The notes: a model not told the origin generated them from the letters alone. DNA of 64,000 bases from Octopus vulgaris (GCA_951406725.2 OX597825.1:36642001-36706000), one strand, 5' to 3'; positions 40,209-55,707 are shown, counted from the stretch's first letter. Translations and numbers: made by a program.

Positions 40209-41021
40209 TTAACATCCGTTTTCCATGCTGGCATGGGTGGACAGTTTGACTGAGGTCTGGAGAGCCAGCGGCTGCTCCAGGCTCCAATCTGACCAATGTT
40301 TCTACAGTTGAATGCCCTTCCTAATGCCAACCACTCTGAGAGTGTAGTGGGTGCTTTTTACGTGCCACCAGCACAGGAGTCAGTTAGGTGGGCCTGGCAC
40401 TGGCCACGTTTGGTTGGTGTGTTTTATGTGCCACCAACACAAGAGCCAGTGAGGGGGTACTGGCATCGGCCATGCTCAGATGGTGTTTTTTTATGTGCCA
40501 GCAGCATGAGAGCCAGTCAGGGGGTACTGGCCACAGCTATGAGAATGTATTTTTGAAGTTAGGATTAGAGAAATACAAACTTGACTGATGTATACAGGAT
40601 AAATTCAGAGTAATGAATATCAAGTTATGAAAAAATGATGATGATGAAGTGGTGAACATCTGCTGATTTAGAGAGGATAAAATGAAACAAGGAAGAGTGG
40701 TGAGTATCAACTGAATTATAGCAAACAGAAGTAAACAAAAAATGTCTTTGATTACACTGTGGAACACAATTTTGGTCTTTGGGTAGCAAATGTTATTTCC
40801 CATTTGCTTACCCCTAGAAAGTATGAAAAATGCCTAATACTGCCTTCAAACTTTACTTTTGTTATGGTATTTATTCAAACCCTAAAGAATCCCTCTTAAC
40901 ACATGGCTATGATGCTACCCACTACCCCTGCTCTTGATCAGAGATGCACATATTGTCAGCCACTAAGGGACATGCTCAAGTGGTTGTAGTCTAGTGACTG
41001 AAACAGGTAAAAGATAATAGT

Positions 41022-41076
<55 letters not shown>

Positions 41077-42989
41077 TGTCTGGAAATAAAGGTTCAGAGA
41101 ATAGCCACAGCTGTGACATCTTTGAAAGGTATGTTTGATCAAGAGTGACCTGGCATCAAACTACTGATGTAAGAAACATGTATATACAAGCAGACAGATG
41201 TGCAGAAACATATACAGACAGGCATGTGCAGATATATAAAAGCAGACCATGTACACATTTAAGTGAACACTCATGCATACTCAACATAGAAAATATACAC
41301 TCACACACACATACAGAAATGAAGTAGGTAGGAACTACATATAGTGCACTCAATGTAAATACAGGGTGCCCAAGGTGCAGTAGGATCACATGCAAGTTGA
41401 CAGAGGAAGACCTCAAATGTGGCAAGAGCATGGGAGTATTTATCAGTAAGAGCAGCCCAGAAATAAATCCTCTGAAACATTTGAAAGGCTCCCTGTTACA
41501 CTAATTAGTTGTGGAAATGAGAGTTCTGAAAGCAGAGTAAACAAAGCAAAAATGAAGTGGAAAAAGTTCAGAGAGCAATTACTGGTGCTCGTAACACAGT
41601 AAAACAGATCTGGAGAGGGATGGATTCAGCTAGATTTAATCCATTTGAAACTAACCTGCCTCAGACCGCGTATGGTTCTGCCAGACCAACTTCCCGTTTT
41701 AAAGTTATCTAAATTAAAAGCTTTGATAAAAATTTCATGTTAATTTGTGTTCCAAAACCCAGTTTTAAAATGTTATTGTACTAAATTATTCATTATTTTA
41801 AAAATTAACTGAAATAAAAGCCATGTATTTTAAAATGAAAATGGTAATGAAAGGGTTAAAAATGCCTTAGACATGCTATATATCACAATGGCATTGCTAC
41901 AACTCCATCAAGCCCAAGTAGAGGCAGTTATTAAAATCACCTTGCTACAATTTAATCTTTTTGTTACCATATTTTTGTTGAGATGTAATGCCTTAGTGTC
42001 AATTAATCTTGAAAATAAGGAAGAATTTAGAAAAATAACTGGAACATAAGCTTTGATGAAAGGTTTTTTTATTTAGATCATTTTAAATGAGGACCTTTAT
42101 AATATTATAGAACCAACGATGGTCTCAAAACAGTTAAAGTAGGGAGTTCCCTGAGAAATCTGTGTAGTTATTTTTTATTATGGCAAAAAATGGTAAATCC
42201 TGAAATTCAGTCATAGTATAGCTTAAAATTTCACTCAACAGAGACTCAGGAAGATATGGGATGAAATACTGAAGGACAACCTAAGGACACTGAACCTTTC
42301 AGACAAGATGATAAAGGATCGAGATACCCAGTGCCTTGCTGTACTCAAGAAGACCTGTCTTCCACAGCAGAAGTGTTAAGATTGCTTTTCCTGGTGAAGA
42401 GGATTGGCCTGCAAGAGTGCTGTGCCACATAAAAAGCACCTGTTCTGGTGTGTCATATAAAAACACTTGTGCCAGTACCACACAAAAAAAAAAAAAAAAA
42501 CCCAGCACACACTGTAAAATGGTTGATGAGGAAGGGCATCCAGCTGTGGAAACCAAGCCAAATCAGACTGGAATGTGGTGAAATTCTCTAGCTTTCCAGC
42601 TCTGGTGAAACTGTCTAACCTAGGCCAGCATGGAAAACAAAAGTTAAATGATGATGATGATGATGATGATTACATTCATACCAGAATTAGCTCAACTTCT
42701 TTTACATTGTGAGGTCAATAGAAATAACAGCAGTAATGTACTGAAGTTAGGTCAATATACTACTACTACCACTACCACCACCACCACCACCACCACATCT
42801 ATTGATTTATAATTTTGCCCCAGTCTGAGGATTTACTGTATAACACAGATTGAAAAGATGGCAAAGAAGGAGACATGTTCGTAGGCTTGATGTTACACAA
42901 TAATTAGTTTCAAGTCTCTATGCTGTAAGTTCACAATCTGCTTAATACTTTACAACTGGTATATAGCATGTTTATCATGGATAACTGGA

Positions 42990-43345
42990 ATGTTAGCATG
43001 CTCCACTGGATGTGAAATGCCAGTGTGCATGAATGATGGAGCACACGTGAGCTGAAAGGAAAAAAAAATGGCTATCAGAGGTATTAGTAGTAGTAGTAGT
43101 GTGTTGAGAGAAGACTGTGTTGGTACTACAGACATGTGTCAGAGATGAAAGATAACAGTGAGATAAAAGTGTTAAGTGATCCAAATGGAAGGATCCTGCA
43201 GAAGAAGAAGGTTGGGGGAAAACATGAGAAGATGTAATGAAGATTGATATTAGGGAGATGAACCTCAAAGAGGAAATAACAAATGACTGTGACAATTGGT
43301 TTGACACCAAGCTGGAGAAGTCTTGTCCAATCCATTTGAACATGG
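42990..43345 (+). mobile_element. RTE-clade LINE 3' remnant
   Basis: Degenerate MLHWM.NASVHE.WSTRELKEK..IRGI...RRLCWY.HV..M...MEG.C.R.R..KT*EDVMKIDIREMNL.EE.T.D.D.W. A related upstream-type fragment is at about 41360-41600. Confidence 0.7.
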
Positions 43346-44297
43346 AGAAAAAAGAAAAAGAAAAAAAAAGGGGATATAAAATGACATTCACAGAGTGCAA
43401 AAATATCCAGATAATTATATAACGTGTTTACAGATGATGATGATGATGATGATGAAACTGTCAGTTAAGCTAGATATTCAAGACATGATTTTAACTTTTA
43501 GTGCTGAGATTAAATCAAAGCACACAGACTAAGTAAGCTAGATAGGAGATTTATCCCTTAAATTGATCAGCAGAATACTAGATCAAATGTTTTAAGTAAG
43601 ACAATACAACACTATACTTAACTGAAAACCTCACTGAATTAAAAACCAGCATAAAAAAAAAAAATAAAAGTTAAAATATAATGGCAATGATGATGATTAC
43701 TATGATGGTGATGATATATTTCATTACAATCTAATGCATTAAGAAAAAATTATTATTGTTATTATTATTATTGGAGTAGTGGGGGTGGGGGGATTGAAGT
43801 TTGAGTTAATCAGCAAAAATAGCAAAATAGCCGACTTAAAACCCCCACCAGAAACAAAAGAGTAGCTTGGGTAAATTCTTTTGATTGGGAAGGTGGAGGA
43901 GAGAATGTAAATTAATGAAAAATAGATAAATAAATAAAATTAAATTAAAAAAAAAAATTAAAGAAAATATTTCAAAATAACTGGAATTAGAAATTGGTTG
44001 AATAAATTCAGAACATATCCCTTAGAGCTCTATATGAAAATAAGTGTATTTGTGAAGAGTTAGTGATTAATTTTAATCAAATGAAAGAATGCAATATATG
44101 TATGCATGTATATCTACACGTATTGTGTGTATATACACATATATATGCATACATACACACACACACTATGCATACTTTTTATATTATAAATATATATATA
44201 CACACACACTATGCATACTTTATATTATAAATATATACATACATACATGCACACACACATACACTATGCATACTTTATATTATAAATATATACATAC

Positions 44298-44328
<31 letters not shown>

Positions 44329-44409
44329 CATATATGCAAAGTGTATGTGTGTATATATATATATATACAAACACACACATGTGTAAAGTGTGTGTGTGTG
44401 TGTGTGTGG

Positions 44410-44452
<43 letters not shown>

Positions 44453-45464
44453 CATATAAAGTATCTTTGGAATGAATCAAAAATCTGAACAAGATGATGA
44501 GAATATATAGGCAAACATACAATGCATACTCACACACAGAGTATTTCAGAACTGCAAAAGTGAAATGGCTGAAAAGTGTTTATGTGAGAGTGGGTGCAGG
44601 CAGATAGGCAGGCACGCATACATAATAGCAATATTGTAAAAGATTAAATTTTTATAACAAATCTTTCTTCTCCACACATCTAGCATCACCAATTCTGCAA
44701 AACTGAACACATTTCATCATAAAACTCATTTACTTTCATAAAATTGAGAGAAAAAAAAAGAGAAAAGAAAAAGAAGAGGAAAGAAAAGCATTAAAAGTTA
44801 ATCACACAGTGAGAGGTGTTTTTAGGAGAACTTTAATAGATTGCTGTAGGTTTTGAGAATAGATATATGAATGTATGTATTAGTGCGTGTTTGTATGAAC
44901 ATTTACACACACACAAACCATATTTCTATACTGTGATCTCAAATATAATGTGACCCTGTTTTCTTCCTTTTTCTATTCTCTAGTATGATGCTATCCTCCT
45001 AATTTTGGTCCTGATGATGTTTCATATTAAATTTCTCATATTTTACAAGTATGGTATGTGTGTATGGTATATATATATATATATATATATATACTAATAT
45101 ACAAACACACACATTCATATATCTACTATGTGTAGTACATTTACATGTATAAATGTATACATACATGTGCATAAGTGTTTGTGAGTGTGTATACCTGCAA
45201 TGCATATGTCTATACACAGAGGAGTATATGTGCAAGTATGTGCATTTGGCAAGATCACAAAGAATTACGTAGATAATGTACGTAAAAGAAAAAGAATGTA
45301 AAATATTTAAAATTCCAGCCTAAATCAATCATTTGCAGAGTTAAAGTATTTGGGGAAGGGATGCATTATTGGAAAAGGATGTTGGATAATAAAAGAATAG
45401 TGTGAAGACACAGTGTGGGGTGGTTGGGATGTGTACGTAAGGAATGAATGGTTAGGGTACAAAG

Positions 45465-45727
45465 CAGTAGTTCTTAAATGGGATCCACACAGCTCTTGGG
45501 GGTTCATATAATATTTTGTTGTTAAAATTTGTGCAAGAAACTGGTTATACATCTACAATTCTCAAGGTATTTTAATAATATATTTTTTATAATTAAATAT
45601 TATTAGGAATTGTATAAAAAAAAAAAAGATTTTTTAAACATTGAATGGCTATTGGTTCCTATCTCACTCCAGTAGAGTGAATTAGGAATCAAGGAGTCCA
45701 CAGGTAAAAAATGGTCAAGAAACACAG
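45465..45727. mobile_element. Degenerate hAT-like MITE
   Basis: Ends CAGTAGTTCTTAA ... TCAAGAAACACAG resemble CAGTGGTTCTCAA-type TIRs. Confidence 0.4.
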
Positions 45728-48700
45728 GAATAGAAGGTGGAAGGGCGATAATGAGCAATGTTGCCTCTAATTTTTAGTAGTTGGACGATAGGCACATGTA
45801 CAGCTGTGTGGTAAGAGATTTGCTTCTGAACCTTATGGTTTTTGGGGTTCAGTTCCATTGCATGGTACCTTAGGCAAATGTCTTCTAATCTAGCTCTAGG
45901 CTGACCAAAGTTTTGTAAGTGGATTTGGTAAATGGAAACTGAAAGAAGCCTATCATATATATATATATATATATATATATTCTGGTTCTCCTAGCCAAAG
46001 ACCTACAGTTGTAGATACAAATAGCAAAGGTTGTTATCTGCTACCTTGGCAGTCTATTGTTACCTGAGATTCTTAGCTGCCTCTGGTCATTCAAGATTTC
46101 ACTGCACTGCCATGTAGTGGTCCAACTGGCTTGCAGGATACTGAGGCTTGTTTCCTTGCACTGTTTAAGCTTTTAAGATGAAGCCACCCTGCTGGCTAAG
46201 TGAGCAGGCCATTATTACCCTTTCAGTTTAACTAGCTTCCAACCACTAGTGAATGGACTCTGTGCTTACTTCCATGAGGTAGTCCTCCTCATATGTACAT
46301 TTATCAGTGAAAAGAACTGCATAATATAATGTGATCCCAAAAGTGATGCAGCCCCTACACCTTGTACCTAAAAATCAGTAAATATTTTCTTTTACATACA
46401 TTACTAGAATAACGTTATTGCCAATTTTGATCCTAACATTTTATATCAAATTTCTTGTATTTTATCATACATAAGCCTTTTATGATCTCTCAATTGCTAG
46501 TCATGTTACTGGTGGCTGTTTCATTCTAAAAAAAAAGAGGCTAAGTTAGAATTTAAACCGGCCATATCCAGCCCAAATATTCTACTTGTTTTATGTTCAA
46601 AATGTCCAGGTCCAGCCTCTCACACTTATCCTACAATGTCATTCTAAAAATAAATAATCACATAATTGGAATCTCACAGCTATAAGATAATGTATGATTA
46701 ATTCAAAACAATGTAAGCAAATAAACATTACATTTGACAGAGAGTGATCAGAAAACTAATGGATTAAACTCAGAAGCCACTAAGAAACAATATTTTTGTT
46801 GTTGTTTGGTCCCAGGGACTTGATCATAAGTTTGGTCAAGCAGACTTATGATTAAAGAGATTCTCGCTGTAACCATCCTATCTTATCAAGTCCTACATTT
46901 TCTAAGGTGCTCCCACCTTTTTTTTAACTAGTAGAAGTGATTGGCCCAGTAATTCAAGGGACCAATATTCTGCTTTTACATCTCCCACCAGTTTATTCAT
47001 TATTTAATAATTCTATCCCATATCTGAGTATTAGACCTCACACACCATCCAGTCTAATTCTGGAAAGTAAACCTTTCACACTAAGTAGTTTAATTTGGAG
47101 TGGTATGTTACACAAACTACCCAGTTCCATTACAGAGCTGAGAGTTAGGCCTAATATACCACATGGTTTAACATTAACATCTGATGCTAGAATACTTTTA
47201 GCACTGTGAAACTTTGCTGCAAGCATTTCAATCAGACTTTCCAGTTACTGCTCCATACACTGCCTTCTAGGTATTCAAACTGGACATTAGCTGCCTCGAC
47301 TCTTTTGCATTAAGATTACTCTCTAATGTGGTAGCACTCAGTCAGTTATGACAAATGTTCCAGTTGATCCGATCAATGGAACAGCATGCTCGTGAAATTA
47401 ACGTGCAAGTGGCTGAGCACTCCACAGACACGTGTACCCTTAACGTAGTTCTCGGGGAGATTCAGCATGACACTGAGTGTGACATGGCTAGCCCTTTGAA
47501 ATACAGGTACAACAGAAACAGGAAGAAAGAGTGAGAGAAAGTTGTGGTGAAAGAGTACAACAGGGTTCACCACCCACCCGCCTGCTAGAGCCTCATGGAG
47601 CTTTTAGGTGTTTTTGCTCAATAAACACTCACAATGCCCGGTATGGGAATTGAAACCGCGATCCTAAGACCATGAGTTCGCTGCCCTAACCACTGGGCCA
47701 TTGCGCCTCCATACTCTCTAATGTAACACTTATTTATTCACATTGTTTTGAATTGATCATGCATTATCCCATAGCTTTGAGATTTCAATGATGTGAATGT
47801 ATATTTTTAGAATGACATTGTAGGGTAGGTGTGAGAGACTGGATCTGGCCAGTCTGAACATAAAGCAGTTAAAATATTTAGGCCAGATATGAATGGTTTA
47901 GCATTTAAACCAGCCATAATATGCTTCCTGTTTTGTGTTCAAACAGGTATGATCTAACCTCTGACACTTACCCTACAATGCAATTCTAAAAACAGACAAT
48001 AATATGATCCAAATTTAAAAGCTATGAGATAATAGATGATTAATTCAAAACAACATGAAAAATATGGTAAAGTAATTTCAATGCTAAAAGTTAAAGGCCA
48101 AGAGTTCAAAAGAGTCTGTCCAGGTGACAGACATCTGTCTTCTAACAAAGTGCCAAAACTGTCGAAGAAAATGTTACAAAAAGTCCAAGTTACCTCTAGT
48201 CTAGTCTTAACAGCTTGTTATTGTTTAGCACTAAATCAATCCTGATTGAGTAGATCTATGATCAAAACATTCCAGCCATGACCATCCATCTTTTTGTATA
48301 GAGACTACAGTCCATTGTGCAAGGCACCCTTTCCCTTTAAGCAGCTCAGGTGTAATTTATAGTTTTGGCTGCTATCTCTAGCAGTTTCAACAGCCACATA
48401 GAAGCTCTCTTGTTGGGTCATCTTGACAGCTAGTTGGAAAGAGAAGTGACATGTAGAATTAAAGTAAAGAGTACTACCTGTGCATGGATTTGAACTGAAG
48501 CCCTATGGACTGGTTGTATAATCTTATATCTATAGGTCAAGTTCATTTTTAGCACAGAGTAGTCTGGCATAAATAATGAATATATATGTCTTATATTGGC
48601 ACTAAATTCTTAAGAGTGAAAACCACCCGATAGACAATCAATTCATTCTGTGGTTTTTGCTATTCTATTGCCAAGTTACCTACCACCACCACCCAACAAC

Positions 48701-48797
48701 TAATTCCTCACCTAAAAAAAGAAACGAGAAAAAAACCCTTAAATTACTAAAATATCACCATCAACCAGATTTTTTTTAAAAATTGCAATGAAGGTGA

Positions 48798-48830
<33 letters not shown>

Positions 48831-49631
48831 TAATAATAATAATAATAACAACAACAATGATGAATTTAAAAAGAAAAAAGAAAAAAAAACCTCTAATAGT
48901 AATTGAGAAGTGAAGTAGCCACCTCCTAATACAAAGGCTTGCCTCTGTATCAGAATACCACATTAACATCTCTGCATCAATACACAGACAGAACACTCTA
49001 TAGCTGTATATAGACACCTACATAGAATAATTGAGTGTGATTGGATTAAAAACACTCAGAATGCTGTACTGAGGAGGTGTTAAGAGCTTTCCCACCAATA
49101 AAGGTGTTTTATTACACAAAGGGTTTTACTAGGGTGATTGGTTCAATTGATTCTGCTATTTTATTTGCTGTTGATATCATATCTATCATATGATCTTTTT
49201 CTCTCTGTCTCTCTCACCCAACACATATTTGTACATAAATCTATACATGCACATATTTGTAACCTACACACACATGTATGTATGTATACACACATACACA
49301 CACACGTATATGCCTTTATAGGCACAGGTATGGATGTGTGGTTAAGAATTTTATTTTCCAACTATGTGGTTTTGAGTTCAGTCCCATTGCATGGCACCTT
49401 GGACAAGCATCTTCTACTATAGTCTCAGGCTGACCAAAGCCTTGTGAGTGGCCTTTGGTAGATGGAAACTGAAAGAAGACTGTCATACATATATACATAC
49501 ATACACATATATATGTAGACACAGGCATGGTAGTGTGGTAAGAAACATGCTTCCCAATCACATGGTTCTAAGTTCAGTCCCATTGCGTGACACCTTGGGC
49601 AAGTGTCTTCTACTAAAGCCTTGGTAGATGC

Positions 49632-49681
<50 letters not shown>

Positions 49682-52600
49682 TATGTGTCTTTGTGTTTGC
49701 AGTTGTCCCTCCACTTAACAATTGCTGTTGGTGTGTTTACATTCCTGTAACTTAGCGATTCAGCAAAAGAGAATGAGTACTAAGCTTAAAAAAGATGATA
49801 AGTCCTGGGGTTGATTTATTCAACTAAAACTCTTCAAGACAGTGCCTCGGCATGGCTGCAGTTAAATGACTGAAACAAGTAAAAGATGACAATGCAACAT
49901 AGTGGCAAATGAATGTCCCTGTCATACAAGTGGTGTCATTTGTTTCTAATTTTCCATAAAAACATATCCAGCCAAGGGGAAATATGACCTTGCTTGGAAA
50001 TGAGTAGTTTCACATAAAAGTAAAGCAATGCTGATGGTGTGGACTGCATGATAGGAACTAGAAAAGCCAGGTGTCACATAAGGTTCCATAGTTTGCTTGG
50101 CTTGGTTTCTATGGCTGAATGCACTTTCTAATGCCAATCACTCCACAGAATGTACTGGGTGCTTTTTACATGGCACCATTACTCACACCAATGGTTTTTA
50201 CATGACATCAGCACCTACACCAATGGTTTTTTTAAGTGGCACCTTGGTTTTAGGATCTCAATTTTACTGTTGTGGGTGGGTGGGTCTTCTTGAGTATAGC
50301 ACTGCATCACATATCTTTGTCCTTTACCTAAGGTACTACACAAAAGGACTGAGCCCAGAACCATGTGGTTATGAAATGAACTTCTTAACCACACAGCTCT
50401 GTTTGTCCTATCTATAACAGAAATTACTATTAAAAAGTAGGACATATTTAAAATGAGAATCAAAACTAAGACCTATGGGTTTGCACTACTTTAATATCAA
50501 TCCTATCCTGGAGTCAATAAAATGATTTACCATTAATGTAAAAGGATTGATTCAATTAACTTTAGCTTGGCTCCAAGAAATCTTGGCTTTGTACCTATGT
50601 AATAAAATCAATATTATAGGGCATGCGAGGGAAGAAAGCAGAGCTGAATGTATTTTAGTTATTTCTGTTTTGTACACATGCATTCTTGGTTGAGATGATT
50701 CACACCTTTCACTGGTAATATCATTTCAATATTTTCCTTAAAATAAGGCAGCAAGCTGGCAGAATCATTAGCATGCTGAGCACAATGCTTAGAAGAATTT
50801 TGGTTATCTTCATGTTCTGAGTTCTAATTCCAGCAAGGTCGACTTTGCGTTTCATCCTTTTAGAGTCAACAAAATAAATTTCAGTTGAGCACTGGGATAG
50901 ATGTAATCAACTTATCCCCTACCGGAACTTGCAGGCCTTATGCCAAAATTTGAAACCAATATTTTCCTCAAAAAAATGTAATAAAAAAAATTGATGCTGA
51001 TATGCTGCTTTTATGTGAAAACTCAAGTTCTTGCCAGACAATGTGGTACAGGTTAACCCAAAGACACAGTCTTTAGCAATGAAAATGTGCTAAAATTAAA
51101 AATGCAGATTTGTTACACAGCGACTGGGTCTTAATTTTGCAGAACTATATAACTGTCACAATTCTATCATCAACAATAACACCAGCACATCACAACATAC
51201 ACAGCAGTACTTGATTGAGTTGCATGGTTAGTTAACAAGTTTGCTTCTGCAACTATTTGGGCTCTGGCGTCACATTAGACAAGTATCTTCTACCACAGCC
51301 TTAGGTCAACCTAATTTTTGTGAGCGAAATTTGGTAGACTGAGACTGAAGAAGTCCATGAAAAAGGCAATGAATTAAATCTGTTGCTTCATATAATACCA
51401 TGACCTGGCCTGTTGAGAGCACTTAGCAGAGTAGAATTTGCTACAAATATTTGGGCCAAGTCTGTAGGTTAAGGATAAGTTCCTCACTAAATCTCGCTAG
51501 TCCTGGAGACCCTGAGGAAAGTCATGGATTCTACAATTTCTTCTTTAACTAAATCCATTTTATTGACTGTGAACAGATGAAAAGTGATACTTGATGGAAT
51601 TTGAACTCAGAATATAAAGGAATGGAACTAAATATAGGGCTTTTAAGTAACACAACCCCATCTTTGTTAATTCATCATCCTTACACAAGGATTTCTAATA
51701 TAAACACAAAAGACCACAATTTTGTGGGGGGGAGGGGCTGAAAGAGAGGGCGCTAACAGTTAGTATAATGTATTTGATGGCATAAAAGATGCAAGGGTAT
51801 GAAATATACCCAATTTCAGCATCACATAATCAGGGAAAAGACTTTTGTAGTCCATGTAATATAGACTCAAGCTTGCATATAAGACTCAGGGCGACCAAAG
51901 GTTTGTGAGTGGATTTAGTAATATATACATATGCAGCAAATCATCACCTCCTGGTCCCTAGCCATTTCACTGGGGAAATGACAATGGCCTGGGAGTGGCG
52001 ATTTGCTGTACTTGATAAGACACATCAAGCTAAGTAAAATCGCAGTCTCCCACACCTACAGGTTTGTCCTTCAGGTGCTGGTGCCACTTAAAAAGTACCT
52101 GTGCTGGTGGTGCATTAACACACCCGTGCTGATGGCATGTAATAAGCTCTCAGCACACTCAGCAGTGGTTGGCATTAGGAAGGGCAACCAGCCATAGAAA
52201 ACATGCCACAGCAGACAGTTGGAATCTGGACAACTCCCTGCTAGCCAGCTTCGTTTCAAACCATCCAACCCATGCCAGCATGGAAAGAGGACGCAAGACG
52301 ACGATGATGATGATGCGTGTGTTTGTACCCTTGTTTAGACACTATGGAGTATCACTGTCATAGAAGCAAGGCTGTTCATTCTTAGTCTTTCATGAAAAAC
52401 ATGTCCAACTATGGCAACATGTAAGGTGACATATAAGCTGGTGAGCTGACAGAAACATTAGCACACCGGGTGAAATGCTTAGCGCTATTTCGTCTGCTGC
52501 TATGTTCTGAGTTCAAATTCCGCCATGGTCGACTTAGCCTTTCATCCTTTCGGGGTCAATTAAATAAGTACCAGTTATGCACTGGGGTCAATGTAATCGA

Positions 52601-53234
52601 CTTAATCCCTTTGTCTGTCCTTGTTTGTCCTCTCTACGTTTAGCCCCTTGTGGGCAATAAACAAATAAAAAAAACATGTCCAGCTACAGAAAAATATTAC
52701 TTGGCTTGGAAGAATGTAAGAGTTGGCAATAAGAAGAGCATCCAACCCTGGGAAATCAACCTCAAAAACTTCCATCTGACCCATGCAAGAATGTAAAAGT
52801 GAATATCAAATGATGATAATGATGATGACTGGAATGTGTGACTTGAGGGTGATCTGGCAACTAGTTCTCGTAGGTTCAGTGGCTCCACAGAATGTTCTTG
52901 TTTCAAATTAGGTGTAAGGGTCTTTTAGCTTTTGGTCTCCACAACATGCCACTCATTTCACAGACGTTTGTCTGCAAATGTTTAATATAGCAACATATCA
53001 CAACTTGATTTGATGTTTTCAATGAGAATTAACCCACAAGGATATGAATAAATTATAAGTTAACAACTAAAAATAGTTAAAAAGAAGAGCTTAAATATTA
53101 TTATTACATGTAAAACTGTTTTTAGAGACTAAAAAGAATGTTACAAATTAGATTGCACTAGTTGTGTCTGTGTGTGTGTGTGTGTCTGTGTGTAAATGCA
53201 AAAGAAAATGAGTATGAGACAGAGAGAGAGAGAG

Positions 53235-53270
<36 letters not shown>

Positions 53271-55337
53271 TAAGAAAGAAAGATAGCAATACAGTGAGGG
53301 AAAAGATAAGGAATGAGTGGATGAGAGAGAGAGAGAGAGAGATTGTGGAAAATAGAAAAAGAGGAAGATTGAAAGCAAAAGATACAGATAGACAGATAGA
53401 TAGATAGATTGATTGATAGATAGATAGACAGACAGATAGATAGAAATAAATAAACAATAAATGAAGAAATGCTTGAACTGTTGGCTGTGCAAGTTGTATT
53501 GCAACTATTGTTGAATAATGTTAAGTGGGAGCAGGTGTACAAACACACAGGATGCACTGGGCTGGTGTAAAGGTGTGGCAGCAGTCATTCAGGAGAGAGG
53601 AAGACTGGGAGATGGAGATATAGATGAAGGAATGCAGAGAGAAAGAGGGAGGCAGAGAAAGAACTGTATTTGAAACATCAGCCAGTAATCTATAACTACA
53701 GATGACACATCCAAAACAATATCCAAAACTACACAAAGAGAATTCAAAGAGCTCAGAGAGATTCTATGTCAGCCAAAGTCAGTTCAGTAAGAAAAGAAAG
53801 AAAAAAGTCTCTGAAATGCTATTAAATATTTCCATCTCAACATATTGCAAACAAACCTAGCATGTAGAGAGGAGGATGAGGGGAAGGTATAATTTTTATT
53901 GTTGTTGTTGTTAAATTCTAACTTTATTTTGAGAAATTCCTCCAGAATATCCCAGACAAACCACTGATATTCTGGGACAATGATGCCACTACAAGCTGCT
54001 CCTTAACTGCTCTCTATCTTTCTACATATACACTACACTGGAGTCTTGATGCAGTCAGTTGACTTGCTCTAAGTAGCAACTAAATTCTCTTAACGCTTTA
54101 TAGCATCTAAGCTGGCCATATCCAGCCCAAATATTCTACTTGCTTTACGTTCAAGCAGGAACATAAATCGAGCCTCTCACACTTACCCTACAATGCCATT
54201 CTTAAAATAAACAATCACATCATTGAAGATAAATTCTAAACCCTGTGAATTACTGAGCATTATTACATTTGACAGAATAATCTGAATGGGTTAAATCCCA
54301 ACCTATCTTACAAAGAAAAAGAAAAAAAAAAGACACATTGGCATATGTATTCCTAGATATACAAAAGCAGGTTGGTGATAACTGAAATGTCTTTGATGAC
54401 AGGTCAAGGCCAAGACAACTACAATAACAGCTCACTGAAAGATAGGCTGTTTCCCCATTTTCTCTATTACTTCTACTACAATAGCCTCTGCTCTCTGGCT
54501 GATTGGCAAAAAGATTTTATTTCAATAAATTACAAAATCTTATTTGCAGTCATGATTCCTCTCTCTGACATTTTTGATCACTACTACAATACCCTCTTCT
54601 CCAAAAAAGCTATCTTCACTCTCATTGTAAGCCCACTCATGCACCCATCTGTGTACCTTTCTCTGTCTCTCTCCCTCTCTCACATACACAGTCTCTTCCC
54701 CTCTCTTTCCCATAATTTCTTTCCTTTGTTTCATATACAGATCCAGCACTAAATACATTGCTGAGTGTATGTGTGCAGAAGAGAGTGTGGAATAGAGAGA
54801 GACAAACAATGTGAGTGAGAAAGAAAGAAAATGTCTAGACTCAACAAAGTCAAGAACTGGAGATCTATTCAATTCCCTACTTCTGTACCCTACACAAATT
54901 TATAGCCTTTCCACTTCAGTTAAAAATCATTATTTGATGGAAAGTGACAAATTGGCAAAATGATTAGAGCCCTTGACAAAATGCCTTGAGGTATTTGTTC
55001 TGGTTCTCTCCCTTCTGAGTTCAAATCCAGTAAGGTATTGAGGTCAAAGAAAACAATAATTCCCTTACTCCAAATTTTTGACTGCTGGCTTTGTATGAAG
55101 TAAGTTTTCATTTTCACAGATATGGCTGTCTGGTGAAGAAGCTGCCATTGCACAACACGTTGGGCAAGAGTCTTGTACTATAACAGTGGGGCAACAAGGG
55201 TCCTGTGAGTGCATTTGGTAGACAGAAATTGTGTGGAAGTCTCTCATATATGTATAATTGTTAAACAGGACAGTAAACATTAAGGCAAAGCAAACATCTC
55301 AAGTCATATACAATATTATGATAGGAAGAAATTCAAA

Positions 55338-55393
55338 ATCTTACAGCTGTTTCTGGAATATCTCCAAGTATGGGATATTCCATCATCAGAGAC
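55338..55393 (-). ncRNA. Type I hammerhead ribozyme, apparently intact core, in a PLE pseudo-LTR-like remnant (about 55320-55640)
   Basis: Minus strand: GTCT-CTGATGA-TGGAATATC(CCATACTTGGA)GATATTCCA-GAA-ACAGCTGT-A-AGAT. It has a 9-bp stem II, palindromic stem III ACAGCTGT, a GUA cleavage triplet and stem I GTCT/AGAT. Confidence 0.82.
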
Positions 55394-55646
55394 AAATAGG
55401 GAGAAAATAGGGAAAATGAAAATGGTATATATTAACAAGATGACAAAATAGAGGAAGGGAGTAAAAGAATAAGGAGATGGAGAGAAAGAAGAAAAAAGAA
55501 GCATAAAGGTTCATAGTTCAACTTTCCGAAGTTATAGAAGCCAGAACATGAGTCCTTAGGTGCAATCCTGAATAAATCCAGGTGGCTATTAAATGGTATT
55601 TTCTTTTCTTTATATTTACCACTTAATAGCCACCTCTGCTACTATA

Positions 55647-55707
<61 letters not shown>

